Part shown: positions 9,903 to 20,601 of the stretch, one piece after another
Layout of the letters: each line of letters opens with the position of its first letter
Numbering within the stretch: position 1 is the stretch's first letter
Assembly: GCA_049680565.1 (NCBI GenBank)
Contig: JBAUIA010000411.1
Span: 2,928 to 66,927, forward strand
Source of the DNA: Phototrophicaceae bacterium
Lineage (GTDB): Bacteria > Chloroflexota > Anaerolineae > Aggregatilineales > Phototrophicaceae
DNA: 64,000 nt
Reading direction: 5' to 3'
Made by a program: the position numbers and the translations under genes
Notes under the pieces: model-generated
Told to the model about the DNA's origin: nothing
Database searches by the model: none
The model's input: the letters and a program-made list of their open reading frames with translations, nothing else

Positions 9903-9922
9903 AGTTTAAGGAGAAAGATACA

Positions 9923-10927
9923 ATGGAATCAATACGGGTTGGTATTTACGGGGCATCAGGCTTCGCAGGTCAAAATCTTGTTGAAATTATCTCGGTACAT
10001 CCAAAAATGAGCTTGGTATTTGCAACATCAAATACCTATTCAGGGGAATCGGTCACTGGAACAGATTTACGATATATACCATCTGATGATGTCGATTTGA
10101 ATCAAGTGGATGCTGTATTCCTTGCACTCCCACACAAAACAGCTTCTGCGATTGGTAAAGTTGCATTGGATGCAGGTAAGCGCGTGATTGACTTATCCGC
10201 AGACCTACGTTTTGATGATGCTGATAATTATGCCAAGTGGTATGACATTGAGCATCCACATCCTGAAATGTTAGCGCTTGCACCATATGGCTTGCCAGAA
10301 ATTCACCGCGAAAAAATCGCTAATACACAGATTGTCGGTGTTCCGGGATGCTATCCCACAGCAACACTTTTAGGCTTATACCCATTATTGCGTGTTGATG
10401 GTATTTCACTGAATACACCGATTATTGTTGATGCAAAATCAGGTGTTTCGGGTGGTGGTCGTTCTGCTACAGATACAACTCATTTTGTGAATGTATACGG
10501 CGATATTATGCCTTATAAAGCAGGGCGTAGTCATCGCCATGTCGGGGAAATTGAACAAGAGATTAATCGTTTTATGCCATCCAATAATCAAATCATTTTT
10601 ACACCGCATCTCGTGCCAATTGATCGGGGTTTGATGGCGAGTATCTACCTGACGCTAAATTACAGCATCACTGCCGATAAAGTCCACAGCCTTTATATGA
10701 ATGTTTATGCGGATGAACCACTTGTAAATGTATTGCCGTTGGGTCAGCAGGCTACATTTAAGAATGTCCAACGCCGTAACACGGCTGAAATTAGTATCAC
10801 GCCTATTGGCGATCATTATGTGCATATTACCAGCACCATTGATAATTTACGCAAGGGTGCTGCCAGCCAAGCCGTTCAATGCTTTAACCTAATGTATGGT
10901 TTGACTGAAACAGAAGGTTTGTTATGA
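9923..10927 (+). CDS. argC: N-acetyl-gamma-glutamyl-phosphate reductase
   Basis: N-terminal Rossmann motif GASGFAGQ and active-site motif PGCYPTA. 334 aa with an AAGGAGA RBS. Confidence 0.93.
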   Translation: MESIRVGIYGASGFAGQNLVEIISVHPKMSLVFATSNTYSGESVTGTDLRYIPSDDVDLNQVDAVFLALPHKTASAIGKVALDAGKRVIDLSADLRFDDADNYAKWYDIEHPHPEMLALAPYGLPEIHREKIANTQIVGVPGCYPTATLLGLYPLLRVDGISLNTPIIVDAKSGVSGGGRSATDTTHFVNVYGDIMPYKAGRSHRHVGEIEQEINRFMPSNNQIIFTPHLVPIDRGLMASIYLTLNYSITADKVHSLYMNVYADEPLVNVLPLGQQATFKNVQRRNTAEISITPIGDHYVHITSTIDNLRKGAASQAVQCFNLMYGLTETEGLL

Positions 10928-11670
10928 ATCCCATTGTTCTAAAAATTAGTGGGCATCACATTGATGACCCTGATTATTTGGCTGATTTATCACAAACGAT
11001 TGCACACATGCAGCAACCTATCATCGTAGTGCATGGTGGTGGTAAAGAAATTAGCTACATGCAAGCGAAACTCGGTATTACACCCCAGTATGTAGATGGG
11101 GTGCGTGTAACTGATGAAGCATCGCTTGCCGTTGTGACGATGGTTTTATGTGGCACAGTCAATAAGCGTTTAGTCCGTTATTTAGTTACGGCAGGTGTTG
11201 ACGCACTAGGACTTTCAGGGATAGATCGTGGAATTTTGCAAGCTGAAAAAATGCAACATGCAACACTGGATATGGGATTCACAGGTGATATTACCAGCGT
11301 CAAAGGGGACTTGTTGCTCAAGATGTTGGCAGATGGCATTACACCCGTTCTAGCCCCTTTATCTTTAGGGACAGATAGTCACTATAACGTCAATGGCGAT
11401 CATGTTGCAGGGGCAGTTGCTGCATCTGTACAAGCTGAACGGCTTATTTTTCTATCGAATGTTGAAGGCGTTCTAGCGGATGATGCGATTATCCCTACAC
11501 TGACGCACCAACAAACTGAAACGCTGATTGCAGAAGGTATCATCACAGGTGGCATGATTCCTAAAGTACAAATGGCTTTACATGCCTTGCAATCGGGCGT
11601 GACTTCCGTTGCAATTACGAATTTAAAAGGCTTACAAAGTCATGGTGGCACATTATTTACACAATCATAA
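10924..11670 (+). CDS. argB: Acetylglutamate kinase
   Basis: Amino-acid kinase family motifs KISG and VVHGGG are present. An ATGA start/stop overlap joins it to argC. Confidence 0.9.
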   Translation: MNPIVLKISGHHIDDPDYLADLSQTIAHMQQPIIVVHGGGKEISYMQAKLGITPQYVDGVRVTDEASLAVVTMVLCGTVNKRLVRYLVTAGVDALGLSGIDRGILQAEKMQHATLDMGFTGDITSVKGDLLLKMLADGITPVLAPLSLGTDSHYNVNGDHVAGAVAASVQAERLIFLSNVEGVLADDAIIPTLTHQQTETLIAEGIITGGMIPKVQMALHALQSGVTSVAITNLKGLQSHGGTLFTQS

Positions 11671-11695
11671 TTATCATTAAGGAGAAAGAGCCAAG

Positions 11696-12892
11696 ATGGA
11701 CGCTTTAAATCAGACGATTAACGATGAACAGACCTATGTTTTACAAACCTATGTGCGCCCTGATTTTGTGTTTGTACGAGGAGATGGTACAAAACTCTAC
11801 GATGAAACTGGACAAGCCTATCAAGATTGGGTTGCTGGAATTGCCGTTAATTCATTAGGCTATAACGATGCAGGCATTAACCAAGCGATGCAATCACAAG
11901 TTGATACAGGTTTATGGCATGTTAGCAATTTGTATCACACACAACCGCATGCAACTTTAGCAAAACAACTTGTAGAAGCCTCTTTTGCTGATCGTGTTTA
12001 CTTTTGCAATAGTGGTGCAGAAGCGAATGAAGGCGCTTTGAAGTTTGCTCGGCGTGTTGCTTATACACATGGCAAAAAAGATAAAACACAAGTTGTTACA
12101 TTTACGAGTGCCTTTCATGGACGTACGATGGGTGCATTATCAGTCACGCCAAAAGATAAATATCAAGCTCCATTTAAACCCTTGATTGAAGGTGTGACCG
12201 TAGCAGAATTCAATAATATTGAAAGCGCAGCCCATGCCATTAACGATCATACCGCAGCCGTTATCGTTGAACCCATTCAAGGTGAAGGTGGTATCAATGT
12301 TGCTACTAGTGAGTTTTTACAAGCCTTGCGTGATTTGTGCGATCAACATGAAGCCTTATTAATCTTTGATGAAATTCAATGTGGTTTAGGACGGACAGGA
12401 ACACTCTGGGCGCATGAGCAAACAGGGGTAACGCCTGATATGATGACATTAGCGAAACCGCTTGCAAATGGTTTACCCATTGGTGCTGTATTGGTTACAC
12501 AAGCAGTAGCAGATTGCATTAAGCCGGGCGATCATGGCTCAACGTTTGCAGGTGGAGCAATCGTAACAAATGTTGCATCGCATGTTGTTGAACGCATTAA
12601 TCAACCTGAATTTTTAGCGCATGTACAAGAAGTCGGTGACTATCTAATGGAACGCTTGGAAGAAATCAATAGTCCACATATTGTCGAAATACGTGGACGT
12701 GGTTTGATGCTCGGCATGGAAATTGATTTTGATGCAAGTCAGGTTGTTCAAGCGGGTTATGAGCATAAAATGTTGTTGGTCAATGCAGGGGCGAATGTTG
12801 TGCGCTTTGTACCACCGCTTATTATCCAGAAATCAGATGTCGATCAATTGATAGACGGTCTTACAAGTATATTGGAGGCGGTCAATGACTGA
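11696..12892 (+). CDS. argD: Acetylornithine aminotransferase (class III PLP)
   Basis: Motifs CNSGAEANEGALKFAR and DEIQCGLGRTG are present, with the PLP-lysine context TLAKPLANG. Confidence 0.92.
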   Translation: MDALNQTINDEQTYVLQTYVRPDFVFVRGDGTKLYDETGQAYQDWVAGIAVNSLGYNDAGINQAMQSQVDTGLWHVSNLYHTQPHATLAKQLVEASFADRVYFCNSGAEANEGALKFARRVAYTHGKKDKTQVVTFTSAFHGRTMGALSVTPKDKYQAPFKPLIEGVTVAEFNNIESAAHAINDHTAAVIVEPIQGEGGINVATSEFLQALRDLCDQHEALLIFDEIQCGLGRTGTLWAHEQTGVTPDMMTLAKPLANGLPIGAVLVTQAVADCIKPGDHGSTFAGGAIVTNVASHVVERINQPEFLAHVQEVGDYLMERLEEINSPHIVEIRGRGLMLGMEIDFDASQVVQAGYEHKMLLVNAGANVVRFVPPLIIQKSDVDQLIDGLTSILEAVND

Positions 12893-14111
12893 ACTTTCTA
12901 CAACAATTAATCATGTAAACGGTTTTTCAGTTGCTGGGGTTCATGCGGGTCTCAAAAAAGATGGTGCGCTCGATTTGGCGCTCCTTGTTTCGGATACGGA
13001 TAGTGTTGCTGCTGGTGTTTTCACACGCAATCGTATTAAGGCAGCACCTGTGCTTATTAATCAAGAACATCTTGCAAAGAGTAATGATCGTATACGGGCT
13101 GTTGCGATTAACACGGTGAGTGCTAATGCTGCTACGGGTGAACAAGGAATGCTCAATGCCCGTAAAATGGCAGAAATTGTTGCTAAACAAATTGATTGTA
13201 AGCCTGAGCAAGTTTTTGTGATGTCAACAGGGGTGATTGGCTCGCACTTACCAATGGATAAAATTGAAGCAGGTATACAACATGCAGCGCAATCATTAGG
13301 CGATCATTGGCATGATGCTGCGCTAGCAATCCGCACAACCGATCAATTTGAAAAATGGGCATCACTTACAGTTGAAACGGATACAGGCTCATATACAGTT
13401 GCAGGGATCACAAAAGGCGCAGGGATGATTGCGCCGAATATGGCAACGATGCTAGGGGTACTTGTCACCGATGTTCGGCTATCACCAAAGCTCGCTCAAA
13501 AAGCCCTTACTGATGCGAGTAATCTTAGTTATAACCGTATTGTCGTTGATGGGGATACCAGCACCAATGACATGGTTGTTTTGTTGGCAAATGGGCGTAG
13601 CGATTATGAAATCCAATCTCAAACAGATTTCAAAGTATTTATGGATGCGCTAACACAATTAGCGACCTACCTTGCTCAACAAGTTGTACGCGATGGCGAA
13701 GGTGCAACAAAATTCATCACGATTGATGTACAAGGGGCAAAGACGAGTGCCGATGCAGAAAAAATAGCCCATACGATTGCCTCGTCGCCACTCGTGAAAA
13801 CAGCCTTCTATGGCAATGATGCTAATTGGGGACGGATGGTGGCAGCAGCAGGACGATCTGGAATTGAATTTGATGCCAATAAATTATCCTTGTGGATGAC
13901 ACCGACCTTGCCTGATAGCGATGAGCGTGGTCTGCTCTTATTTGAAGCTGGTGCGAAGGCAGACTATGATGAACATCAAGCAACTGCTATCATCAGCGAA
14001 GATAATGTCACTGTCACACTTGATCTTGGATCAGGTGATGGATGTGCAATTGTCTGGACATGCGATTTGAGCCACGATTATGTGAGCATCAACGCAGACT
14101 ACAGAACTTAA
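12885..14111 (+). CDS. argJ: Bifunctional ornithine acetyltransferase / N-acetylglutamate synthase
   Basis: The self-processing site context GMIAPNMATMLGVLVTD is present, and the C-terminus INADYRT is typical of ArgJ. It overlaps argD by 8 nt. Confidence 0.93.
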   Translation: MTELSTTINHVNGFSVAGVHAGLKKDGALDLALLVSDTDSVAAGVFTRNRIKAAPVLINQEHLAKSNDRIRAVAINTVSANAATGEQGMLNARKMAEIVAKQIDCKPEQVFVMSTGVIGSHLPMDKIEAGIQHAAQSLGDHWHDAALAIRTTDQFEKWASLTVETDTGSYTVAGITKGAGMIAPNMATMLGVLVTDVRLSPKLAQKALTDASNLSYNRIVVDGDTSTNDMVVLLANGRSDYEIQSQTDFKVFMDALTQLATYLAQQVVRDGEGATKFITIDVQGAKTSADAEKIAHTIASSPLVKTAFYGNDANWGRMVAAAGRSGIEFDANKLSLWMTPTLPDSDERGLLLFEAGAKADYDEHQATAIISEDNVTVTLDLGSGDGCAIVWTCDLSHDYVSINADYRT

Positions 14112-14163
14112 AATGATTATTTATAGTACACGACCACAAAAGTTCTTTAAGTTAAATGTGTAT

Positions 14164-14264
14164 CACCCTCTCTAAATCTCTCTCTCATAAAGGGAGAAAG
14201 ACTTGCTAGTAGCTTGAATCCCCTTTCTCCACAGGTGGTAGAAAGGGCTAGGAATAGAGGGGTA
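14164..14264. repeat. Nested/alternative inverted-repeat element between argJ and carA
   Basis: GGGAGAAAG (14192-14200) and AGAAAGGG (14240-14247) are both complementary to CCCTTTCTCC (14221-14230). The strongest hairpin is CCCTTTCTCCAC-ag-GTGGtAGAAAGGG (14221-14247). An outer inverted repeat is ACCCTCT (14165-14171) with AGAGGGGT (14256-14263). Confidence 0.6.
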
Positions 14265-14430
14265 AGCATTTTTAATATTTTTTGTGGTCATGTAATAGCA
14301 GTGACCTTCAGTTAGCTTTGAGCAATCGTTTGTTGTAGACGAATACATGCGATCTCAGGCAAAAAATTGATGGTTGCTTAATAAACAGAATATGCGATTC
14401 AATCAATCATTAAGGATGAGAGACAAACAA

Positions 14431-15549
14431 ATGGCGAAAGGTGTTTTAGCATTAGAGGATGGACGCATTTTTAAAGGTGAAGGCTTTGGGATTGAAGGCG
14501 TGCAAACAGGTGAAGCTGTCTTCAATACATCCATGACAGGCTATCAAGAGATTTTGACTGATCCATCATATCATAAACAAATTATCACCATGACTGTTCC
14601 GCATGTTGGCAATACAGGCATCAATACAGAAGATATTGAATCACAGCGTATCTGGGTATCTGGTTTTGTGGTGCGTTCACTCAGTCCTGTTGTCAGCAAT
14701 TGGCGTAATCGTGGTAATTTGGACGATTACTTAAAAGACCAAGGCGTTATTGGTCTGAGTGAAGTATCAACGCGTGCTTTGGTTCGCCATATCCGCGAAA
14801 AAGGTGCAATGCGTGCGGTTGTCGCGCATGGCGATGCTGCCAATGATACCGATGCACTTGTCAAAATGGCACAAGAATCTCTGGATATGTCAGGCGCAAA
14901 TCTCGTTGATGAAGTCACCACGGCTGAACCCTATAATTGGACACAACAAAGTGACCCTGAATGGTATGCCGAACATGCCTATGATGAAAATGGTCCTTTA
15001 ATCATTGCCTATGATTATGGCATCAAGAACAATATCATGCGGATGCTGACAGATAGAGGCTTACGCATCAAAGTTGTACCTGCTCAGATGCCTGCCGATG
15101 AGGTGATGGCGATGAATCCAGCAGGTGTATTTTTGAGTAACGGACCCGGTGACCCTGCTGCTGTCCATTATGCGATTGATAATATCAAGAATTTATTAGG
15201 TGAAGTACCCATCTTTGGGATTTGTTTAGGGCATCAAATTTTATCCTTGGCATTAGGTGCAGAAACCGAAAAAATGCGCTTTGGGCATCGTGGTGGCAAT
15301 CAACCTGTCAAGAATTTACTGACAGGGCATGTTGAAATCAGTTCACACAATCATGGGTTTGCAGTCTCCGAAGGCAGTGACCTCAATGGTGGCGAAGTCA
15401 CCCATATTAACCTCAACGATAATACGATTGAGGGCATGCGTCATCAAGGCTATAACGCTTTTAGCGTGCAATATCATCCAGAAGCATCACCCGGACCGCA
15501 TGATTCACTCTATCTCTTTGATGAGTTTGTCAATGTAGTCAAAGGCTAA
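14431..15549 (+). CDS. carA: Carbamoyl-phosphate synthase small (glutaminase) subunit
   Basis: The start is placed at MAKGVLALEDGRIFKGEGFG, a typical CarA N-terminus; the track ORF begins earlier, at a TTG at 14374. The catalytic motif GICLGHQ and the HNHGF/HPE triad context are present. Confidence 0.92.
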   Translation: MAKGVLALEDGRIFKGEGFGIEGVQTGEAVFNTSMTGYQEILTDPSYHKQIITMTVPHVGNTGINTEDIESQRIWVSGFVVRSLSPVVSNWRNRGNLDDYLKDQGVIGLSEVSTRALVRHIREKGAMRAVVAHGDAANDTDALVKMAQESLDMSGANLVDEVTTAEPYNWTQQSDPEWYAEHAYDENGPLIIAYDYGIKNNIMRMLTDRGLRIKVVPAQMPADEVMAMNPAGVFLSNGPGDPAAVHYAIDNIKNLLGEVPIFGICLGHQILSLALGAETEKMRFGHRGGNQPVKNLLTGHVEISSHNHGFAVSEGSDLNGGEVTHINLNDNTIEGMRHQGYNAFSVQYHPEASPGPHDSLYLFDEFVNVVKG

Positions 15550-15612
15550 AATAGATCTCAATCATGTTAGCCAACTTTGAACTCAATAAGTTACTACCAT
15601 AGCAAGGATATT

Positions 15613-18600
15613 ATGCCAAAACGTACAGATATTCAAACAATAATGGTCATCGGCTCAGGTCCAATTGTCATTGGTCAAGCCGTCGAATTTGATTATAGTG
15701 GCACGCAAGCCTGTAAAGCCCTCCGAGAGTTAGGGTATCGCATTGTGCTGGTCAATAGTAATCCAGCAACTATCATGACTGATCCTGAATTTGCAGATGC
15801 AACCTATGTAGAACCACTGACTGTTGAGATCTGCGAGAAAATCATCGAAAAAGAACGCCCTGATGTATTACTCCCTACTGTAGGTGGACAAACGGCGCTC
15901 AACCTCGCACTTGATCTCAAAAAAGCAGGCGTACTCGAAAAATACAATGTGGGTCTGATTGGTGCAACACTTGAAAGTATCGAAGTTGCCGAAGATCGGG
16001 AAATGTTCAAAGCAGTGATGGAAGAAATCGGTCTGAAATCACCAAAAAGTAAAGTGGTCGGTTCAGTAGCAGAAGCCTTAGAATATGCGGAAGAAATCAA
16101 TTATCCCGTATTGGTGCGTCCATCATATACATTAGGTGGTTCAGGGGGTGGGGTTGCCTATACGCCTGAACAACTCAAAAAAATTGCTGCCAGTGGGATT
16201 CACCAATCACCTGTTGGTGAAGTTTTGGTCGATCAAAGTTTGCTCGGTTGGAAAGAGTACGAACTCGAATTGATGCGTGATGGCAAAGGTAACTTTGTTG
16301 TTGTTTGCTCAATCGAAAATCTTGATCCGATGGGTGTTCATACAGGCGATAGCATCACGGTTGCGCCCGCGCAAACGCTCACTGATAAAGAACTCCAACG
16401 CTTACGTAATTATTCGCGGATGATCTTTGACCGTATTGGTATTACGACAGGTGGCGCGAATGTTCAATTTGCAATCAGCCCTGAAACAGGTGAAGTATTT
16501 GTCATTGAGATGAATCCGCGTGTGTCGCGTTCGTCAGCATTAGCGAGTAAAGCGACAGGTTTCCCAATTGCGAAATTAGCAGCCTTGGTGGCTGTTGGGA
16601 TGACACTGGATGAAATTCCTAATGACATCACGCGTGTGACACCTGCTAGCTTTGAACCGTCACTTGATTATGTGGTCGTCAAGATTCCACGTTGGGATTT
16701 CCGTAAATTTGAAGGGGTCGATTCCACGCTAGGTCCTCAGATGAAAGCTGTTGGGGAAGTGATGGCGATTGGGCGTACCTTCCCAGAAGCCTTACAAAAA
16801 GCAATCCGTTCGCTCGATATTGGGATTGAAGGGTTGGCTAGTAATCCAGAACATATCACATCATCGGAGGTTCTGAGCACCCCAACCGCCCAACGTTTGT
16901 ATCAAGTAGGGACAGCGATTAGTGAAGGCTTGAGTGCTGAAGAAGTTGTTGCAAAAACAGGCTTTGATCTGTGGTATGTGCAACAAATGCAAGATACACT
17001 CCGTATTCATGACTCGATTCTCAAGCAAGGCTTGTCATTGAGTGATTTAGATTACGATGATTTTATGAAACTCAAACGCTATGGTTTTGGCGATCAATAT
17101 ATTGCTCAATTGGTCAATGAAGATATGATGACCGTTCGCCAATATCGTAAAGACTTAGGCGTTGTTGCAAATTTCTATCGTGTTGATACTTGTGCAGCAG
17201 AATTTGAAGCCCAAACACCTTATTTATACAGCACCTACGAAGAAGATAGTGAAGCCTTCCCAACGACGAATAAAAAAGTCATGATTTTGGGCGGAGGTCC
17301 TAATCGTATCGGGCAAGGCATCGAATTCGATTATTGCTGCGTACATGCCTGTTTTGCGCTGAGTAAAATGGGTTACGAAACGATTATGGTCAATTGTAAT
17401 CCTGAAACTGTGAGTACGGATTACGATACGGCTGATCGTCTCTACTTTGAACCACTGACCACAGAAGATGTTCTGAATATCATTGATGTTGAAAAACCAG
17501 ATGGTGTTTTGGTGCAATTTGGTGGGCAAACGCCATTGAATATTGCGAAAGAACTTGAAGATGCAGGTGCGCCAATCTGGGGTACAACAGTTGATACAAT
17601 TGACCTTGCTGAAGACCGCGAGCGATTCAATGCCTTGATGCGAAAATTAAATATTAACCAACCTGCTGGCGCAACTGTCCTCACACGCGAAGAAGCATTT
17701 ACTGCTGCTTCCAAAATTGGTTATCCTGTTTTAGTCCGTCCAAGTTATGTTTTAGGGGGACGGGGTATGGCGATTGTCTTTGAGCCAGAGCAGCTAAAAA
17801 ATTGGTTAGATGAGCATGTTGAATTTTCAGGACATCCTGTTCTGATTGACCAATTTTTAGATGATGCCTTTGAAGTTGATGTGGATGCTATTGCTGATGG
17901 GACTGATGTCGTTATTGGTGGCATCATGCAACATATCGAAGAAGCGGGTGTGCATAGTGGTGATAGTGCTTGTGTACTCCCACCCTATAAAATCAGTGAA
18001 TATCATCTCGATATCATCCGTGAATATACCGAACGCATCGGTCATTCAATGGATATTAAAGGCTTGTTCAATATCCAATATGCTATCAAGGATGAAGAAG
18101 TCTTTGTACTTGAAGTGAATCCGCGTGCCAGCCGTACTGTACCATTTGTCAGTAAAGCAACGGGAATCCCACTAGCAAGTTATGCCGCACAAATTACAAC
18201 AGGCGTTACCTTAGCGGAGCTTGATTTCCTAGAAGAACCTAAAGTCGAAGGGTTCTTTGTCAAAGAGGCAGTTTTACCTTTCCAAAAATTTCCCGGTGTC
18301 GATGCGCGTCTTGGACCTGAAATGCGGAGTACAGGGGAAGTGATGGGACATGCGAGTAATTTCGGACATGCTTTTGCTAAAGCACAAATGGCAGCAAAAA
18401 TGCCACTCCCAGAATCAGGGGCAGTGTGTATTAGTGTTAATGATATGGATAAAGCAGCCGTTACACGGATTGCGCGTAATCTTGTGCGGATGGGATTCAC
18501 CATCATGGCGACCAATGGCACGGCTGAATGGTTGAATCGTTTTGGCGTTGCAGCCCAACGTGTCAATAAAGTACGCGAAGGTTCACCGCACATCGTTGAT

Positions 18601-18825
18601 CTACTTGAAGACGATAAAATCCAACTCGTCATTAATACACCACTCGGTGGGCAAGCTCATGAAGATGGTGCGATGATTCGTAGTAAATGTTACGAAGTGG
18701 ATGTGCCAGTCGTTACAACAATGAGTGCTGCAATGGCAACGATGGAAGGCATTAAACAACGTCATAATAAACCAATGAAAGTTCGTAGCTTGCAAGCACA
18801 TCATAAGGTTACTGGAGTCATTTAG
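15613..18825 (+). CDS. carB: Carbamoyl-phosphate synthase large subunit
   Basis: The start is placed at [23 protein letters not shown], with an AAGGA RBS at 15604. Duplicated ATP-grasp halves are present, each with a [15 protein letters not shown]-type motif, plus a C-terminal MGS-like domain. Confidence 0.96.
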   Translation: MPKRTDIQTIMVIGSGPIVIGQAVEFDYSGTQACKALRELGYRIVLVNSNPATIMTDPEFADATYVEPLTVEICEKIIEKERPDVLLPTVGGQTALNLALDLKKAGVLEKYNVGLIGATLESIEVAEDREMFKAVMEEIGLKSPKSKVVGSVAEALEYAEEINYPVLVRPSYTLGGSGGGVAYTPEQLKKIAASGIHQSPVGEVLVDQSLLGWKEYELELMRDGKGNFVVVCSIENLDPMGVHTGDSITVAPAQTLTDKELQRLRNYSRMIFDRIGITTGGANVQFAISPETGEVFVIEMNPRVSRSSALASKATGFPIAKLAALVAVGMTLDEIPNDITRVTPASFEPSLDYVVVKIPRWDFRKFEGVDSTLGPQMKAVGEVMAIGRTFPEALQKAIRSLDIGIEGLASNPEHITSSEVLSTPTAQRLYQVGTAISEGLSAEEVVAKTGFDLWYVQQMQDTLRIHDSILKQGLSLSDLDYDDFMKLKRYGFGDQYIAQLVNEDMMTVRQYRKDLGVVANFYRVDTCAAEFEAQTPYLYSTYEEDSEAFPTTNKKVMILGGGPNRIGQGIEFDYCCVHACFALSKMGYETIMVNCNPETVSTDYDTADRLYFEPLTTEDVLNIIDVEKPDGVLVQFGGQTPLNIAKELEDAGAPIWGTTVDTIDLAEDRERFNALMRKLNINQPAGATVLTREEAFTAASKIGYPVLVRPSYVLGGRGMAIVFEPEQLKNWLDEHVEFSGHPVLIDQFLDDAFEVDVDAIADGTDVVIGGIMQHIEEAGVHSGDSACVLPPYKISEYHLDIIREYTERIGHSMDIKGLFNIQYAIKDEEVFVLEVNPRASRTVPFVSKATGIPLASYAAQITTGVTLAELDFLEEPKVEGFFVKEAVLPFQKFPGVDARLGPEMRSTGEVMGHASNFGHAFAKAQMAAKMPLPESGAVCISVNDMDKAAVTRIARNLVRMGFTIMATNGTAEWLNRFGVAAQRVNKVREGSPHIVDLLEDDKIQLVINTPLGGQAHEDGAMIRSKCYEVDVPVVTTMSAAMATMEGIKQRHNKPMKVRSLQAHHKVTGVI

Positions 18826-19427
18826 TGTCTGTGATGCAACGCTATTTGTTAGCATTCATGGGCGGATTTCTAGCGATGTCCGCCCATGTTTATCTACTAT
18901 ACGGACGCGGTAATTGGTTGTCTCCGCAGCGACTAAATAATACAATCGGTGCTGCGTTAATCTTTGCTCATATTCTTGCTCTAATGATTCTTCTAGCGCG
19001 TGATTTTGCCTCAAAATCATCAACAGTGCGCTTGTTTATTCGCTTAATTGGCGGATTATTTTTAGGTACATTAACTTGGCTCGCGCATGTATTTTTGTTT
19101 CTCTTTCAGACATCATTTGATATGCCAACACTCTTACTAGGAGGGCTTGGTTTAGCCAGTGGCTTCATCGTGATTGGTTATTTACCCATCCAATCCCCTA
19201 AAATGCGTTTTCTGAGTGCGATACTCATAGCAACAATAACAACCTATATACCGATTTTGTTGACCTATCAAAATTATCTACAAAATCCATCTGCACAAGC
19301 ATTGCTCTACTTCCAAGCAGACAACCCGAACGATGTTTGGTTGATCGGATTGCCTTTTGCAGTAACTATTGCAATTATTTCAAATATCCCCGTGTTATTT
19401 AGCTCATCACCGATTGTAAAGCCATAA
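18825..19427 (+). CDS. Hypothetical polytopic membrane protein
   Basis: 200 aa with about 6 hydrophobic helices. Its GTG start overlaps the carB stop. No recognisable motifs. Confidence 0.55.
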   Translation: MSVMQRYLLAFMGGFLAMSAHVYLLYGRGNWLSPQRLNNTIGAALIFAHILALMILLARDFASKSSTVRLFIRLIGGLFLGTLTWLAHVFLFLFQTSFDMPTLLLGGLGLASGFIVIGYLPIQSPKMRFLSAILIATITTYIPILLTYQNYLQNPSAQALLYFQADNPNDVWLIGLPFAVTIAIISNIPVLFSSSPIVKP

Positions 19428-20601
19428 TTGCATCAAATTCTAAATCGTGAATAACCTGTACTTGATCTGCAATGCCTTGTTGTAATGCGGATACCGCATC
19501 ATCCGTGAGTGGGAAGTCCTCGCTCGCTTGCTTGAGGTCGTTTTCTTCTTTGCTAATGGCAAGTCGTCGTTCAGTTGATTGATTACCTGCCTTCAAAAAT
19601 AATTCATGATTCTCAATCAATAGGTGTTTGGCTTGTTGTAAAAGGGGCACATCATGAGGTAATAAACGATCACCCAATACTTGCCATGCAGCACCAGCTA
19701 ATCGAAATTTAGGGGCGATTTCTGCTAATTCTGGTTTATTGAGAATGAGAGCCACTTCTTCAAGGAAATCTGCCATCATATCGCGTTCGGCGGTGCGACT
19801 GCTATCTTTCCCGAATTGTTGACTAAAGTGAAAAGCAGTTGTTAAACCTGTAAATAAGTCACGTCCGCGTGGAAGAGTTTTCGCCCAACTACCTTTAGTG
19901 GTTGGTTTTGTGAGTAACTTAATCCACCGTTGATAGGCTTTGAAACCGAAATTATTCGCGCTCCCTTTAGGAGGTTTTTCAGTAAAGAGTTTGATGCAAT
20001 CCCAAATACCTAATGTAACAGCCGATGCAAGTTTTGCCTCGTTTGGAATGCCTAATATGATGAGGCGGTTTTTATCTTTTTTAATACGAGCGCGTGCTGT
20101 ATCCAATTGTGAACGAGGAACAGTCAGACCCACTCTGGCACGATCTGCAATATAGGCATTATCGTCATCATAGCCATAAACGACGAGAGGCATCATTGCC
20201 CACATGCTCTCATCATAATTGAGCGCATTATAAGATAGTCCCCACATATCGGCTTCGACAATGGGTGCTTCACCATTATCGAGTGCATCAATCAGATTTT
20301 GCCGTGCTTTGTCCGATGATGTTGTCTGTTTAACATCATAAGGAATCCCTAAACGTTCTAAAATGGGTTCAAATAAATTGAACGTGTTACGTGTCAGAAT
20401 ATTGACTTGTGGATCATAACCTTCATAACGGAAATAAAAATAGCCGAAGTTCATACCACCACTGACACCAAATAATAAGGCTTCTGAAAAGGCTTGTTGC
20501 GTATGCGGGGCTTTGACACCTTGATAATCAAGGGCGTTACGGATACTACCGCTCTGGAAATAGTAGCCATCAAATGCGGTGTAGTTGTCTAAAATTGGCA
20601 T
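19399..20601 (-). CDS. BtrH_N-like (papain-fold) plus DUF4872-like protein
   Basis: 400 aa. The N-terminus FDGYYFQSGSIRNALDYQG...LLFGVSGGMNFGYFYF resembles the BtrH N-terminal family as I recall it. An AGGAG RBS is present. The family call is from memory, not a search. Confidence 0.45.
   Translation of the reverse strand: MPILDNYTAFDGYYFQSGSIRNALDYQGVKAPHTQQAFSEALLFGVSGGMNFGYFYFRYEGYDPQVNILTRNTFNLFEPILERLGIPYDVKQTTSSDKARQNLIDALDNGEAPIVEADMWGLSYNALNYDESMWAMMPLVVYGYDDDNAYIADRARVGLTVPRSQLDTARARIKKDKNRLIILGIPNEAKLASAVTLGIWDCIKLFTEKPPKGSANNFGFKAYQRWIKLLTKPTTKGSWAKTLPRGRDLFTGLTTAFHFSQQFGKDSSRTAERDMMADFLEEVALILNKPELAEIAPKFRLAGAAWQVLGDRLLPHDVPLLQQAKHLLIENHELFLKAGNQSTERRLAISKEENDLKQASEDFPLTDDAVSALQQGIADQVQVIHDLEFDAIMALQSVMS

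Noticed and set aside
14262-14430. A PyrR binding loop or ARG box in front of carA.
   Set aside because: There are only partial resemblances: AAUAGAGGGGUA against the PyrR UCCAGAGAGG core, and a single ATTCA half-site. This is not enough to call.
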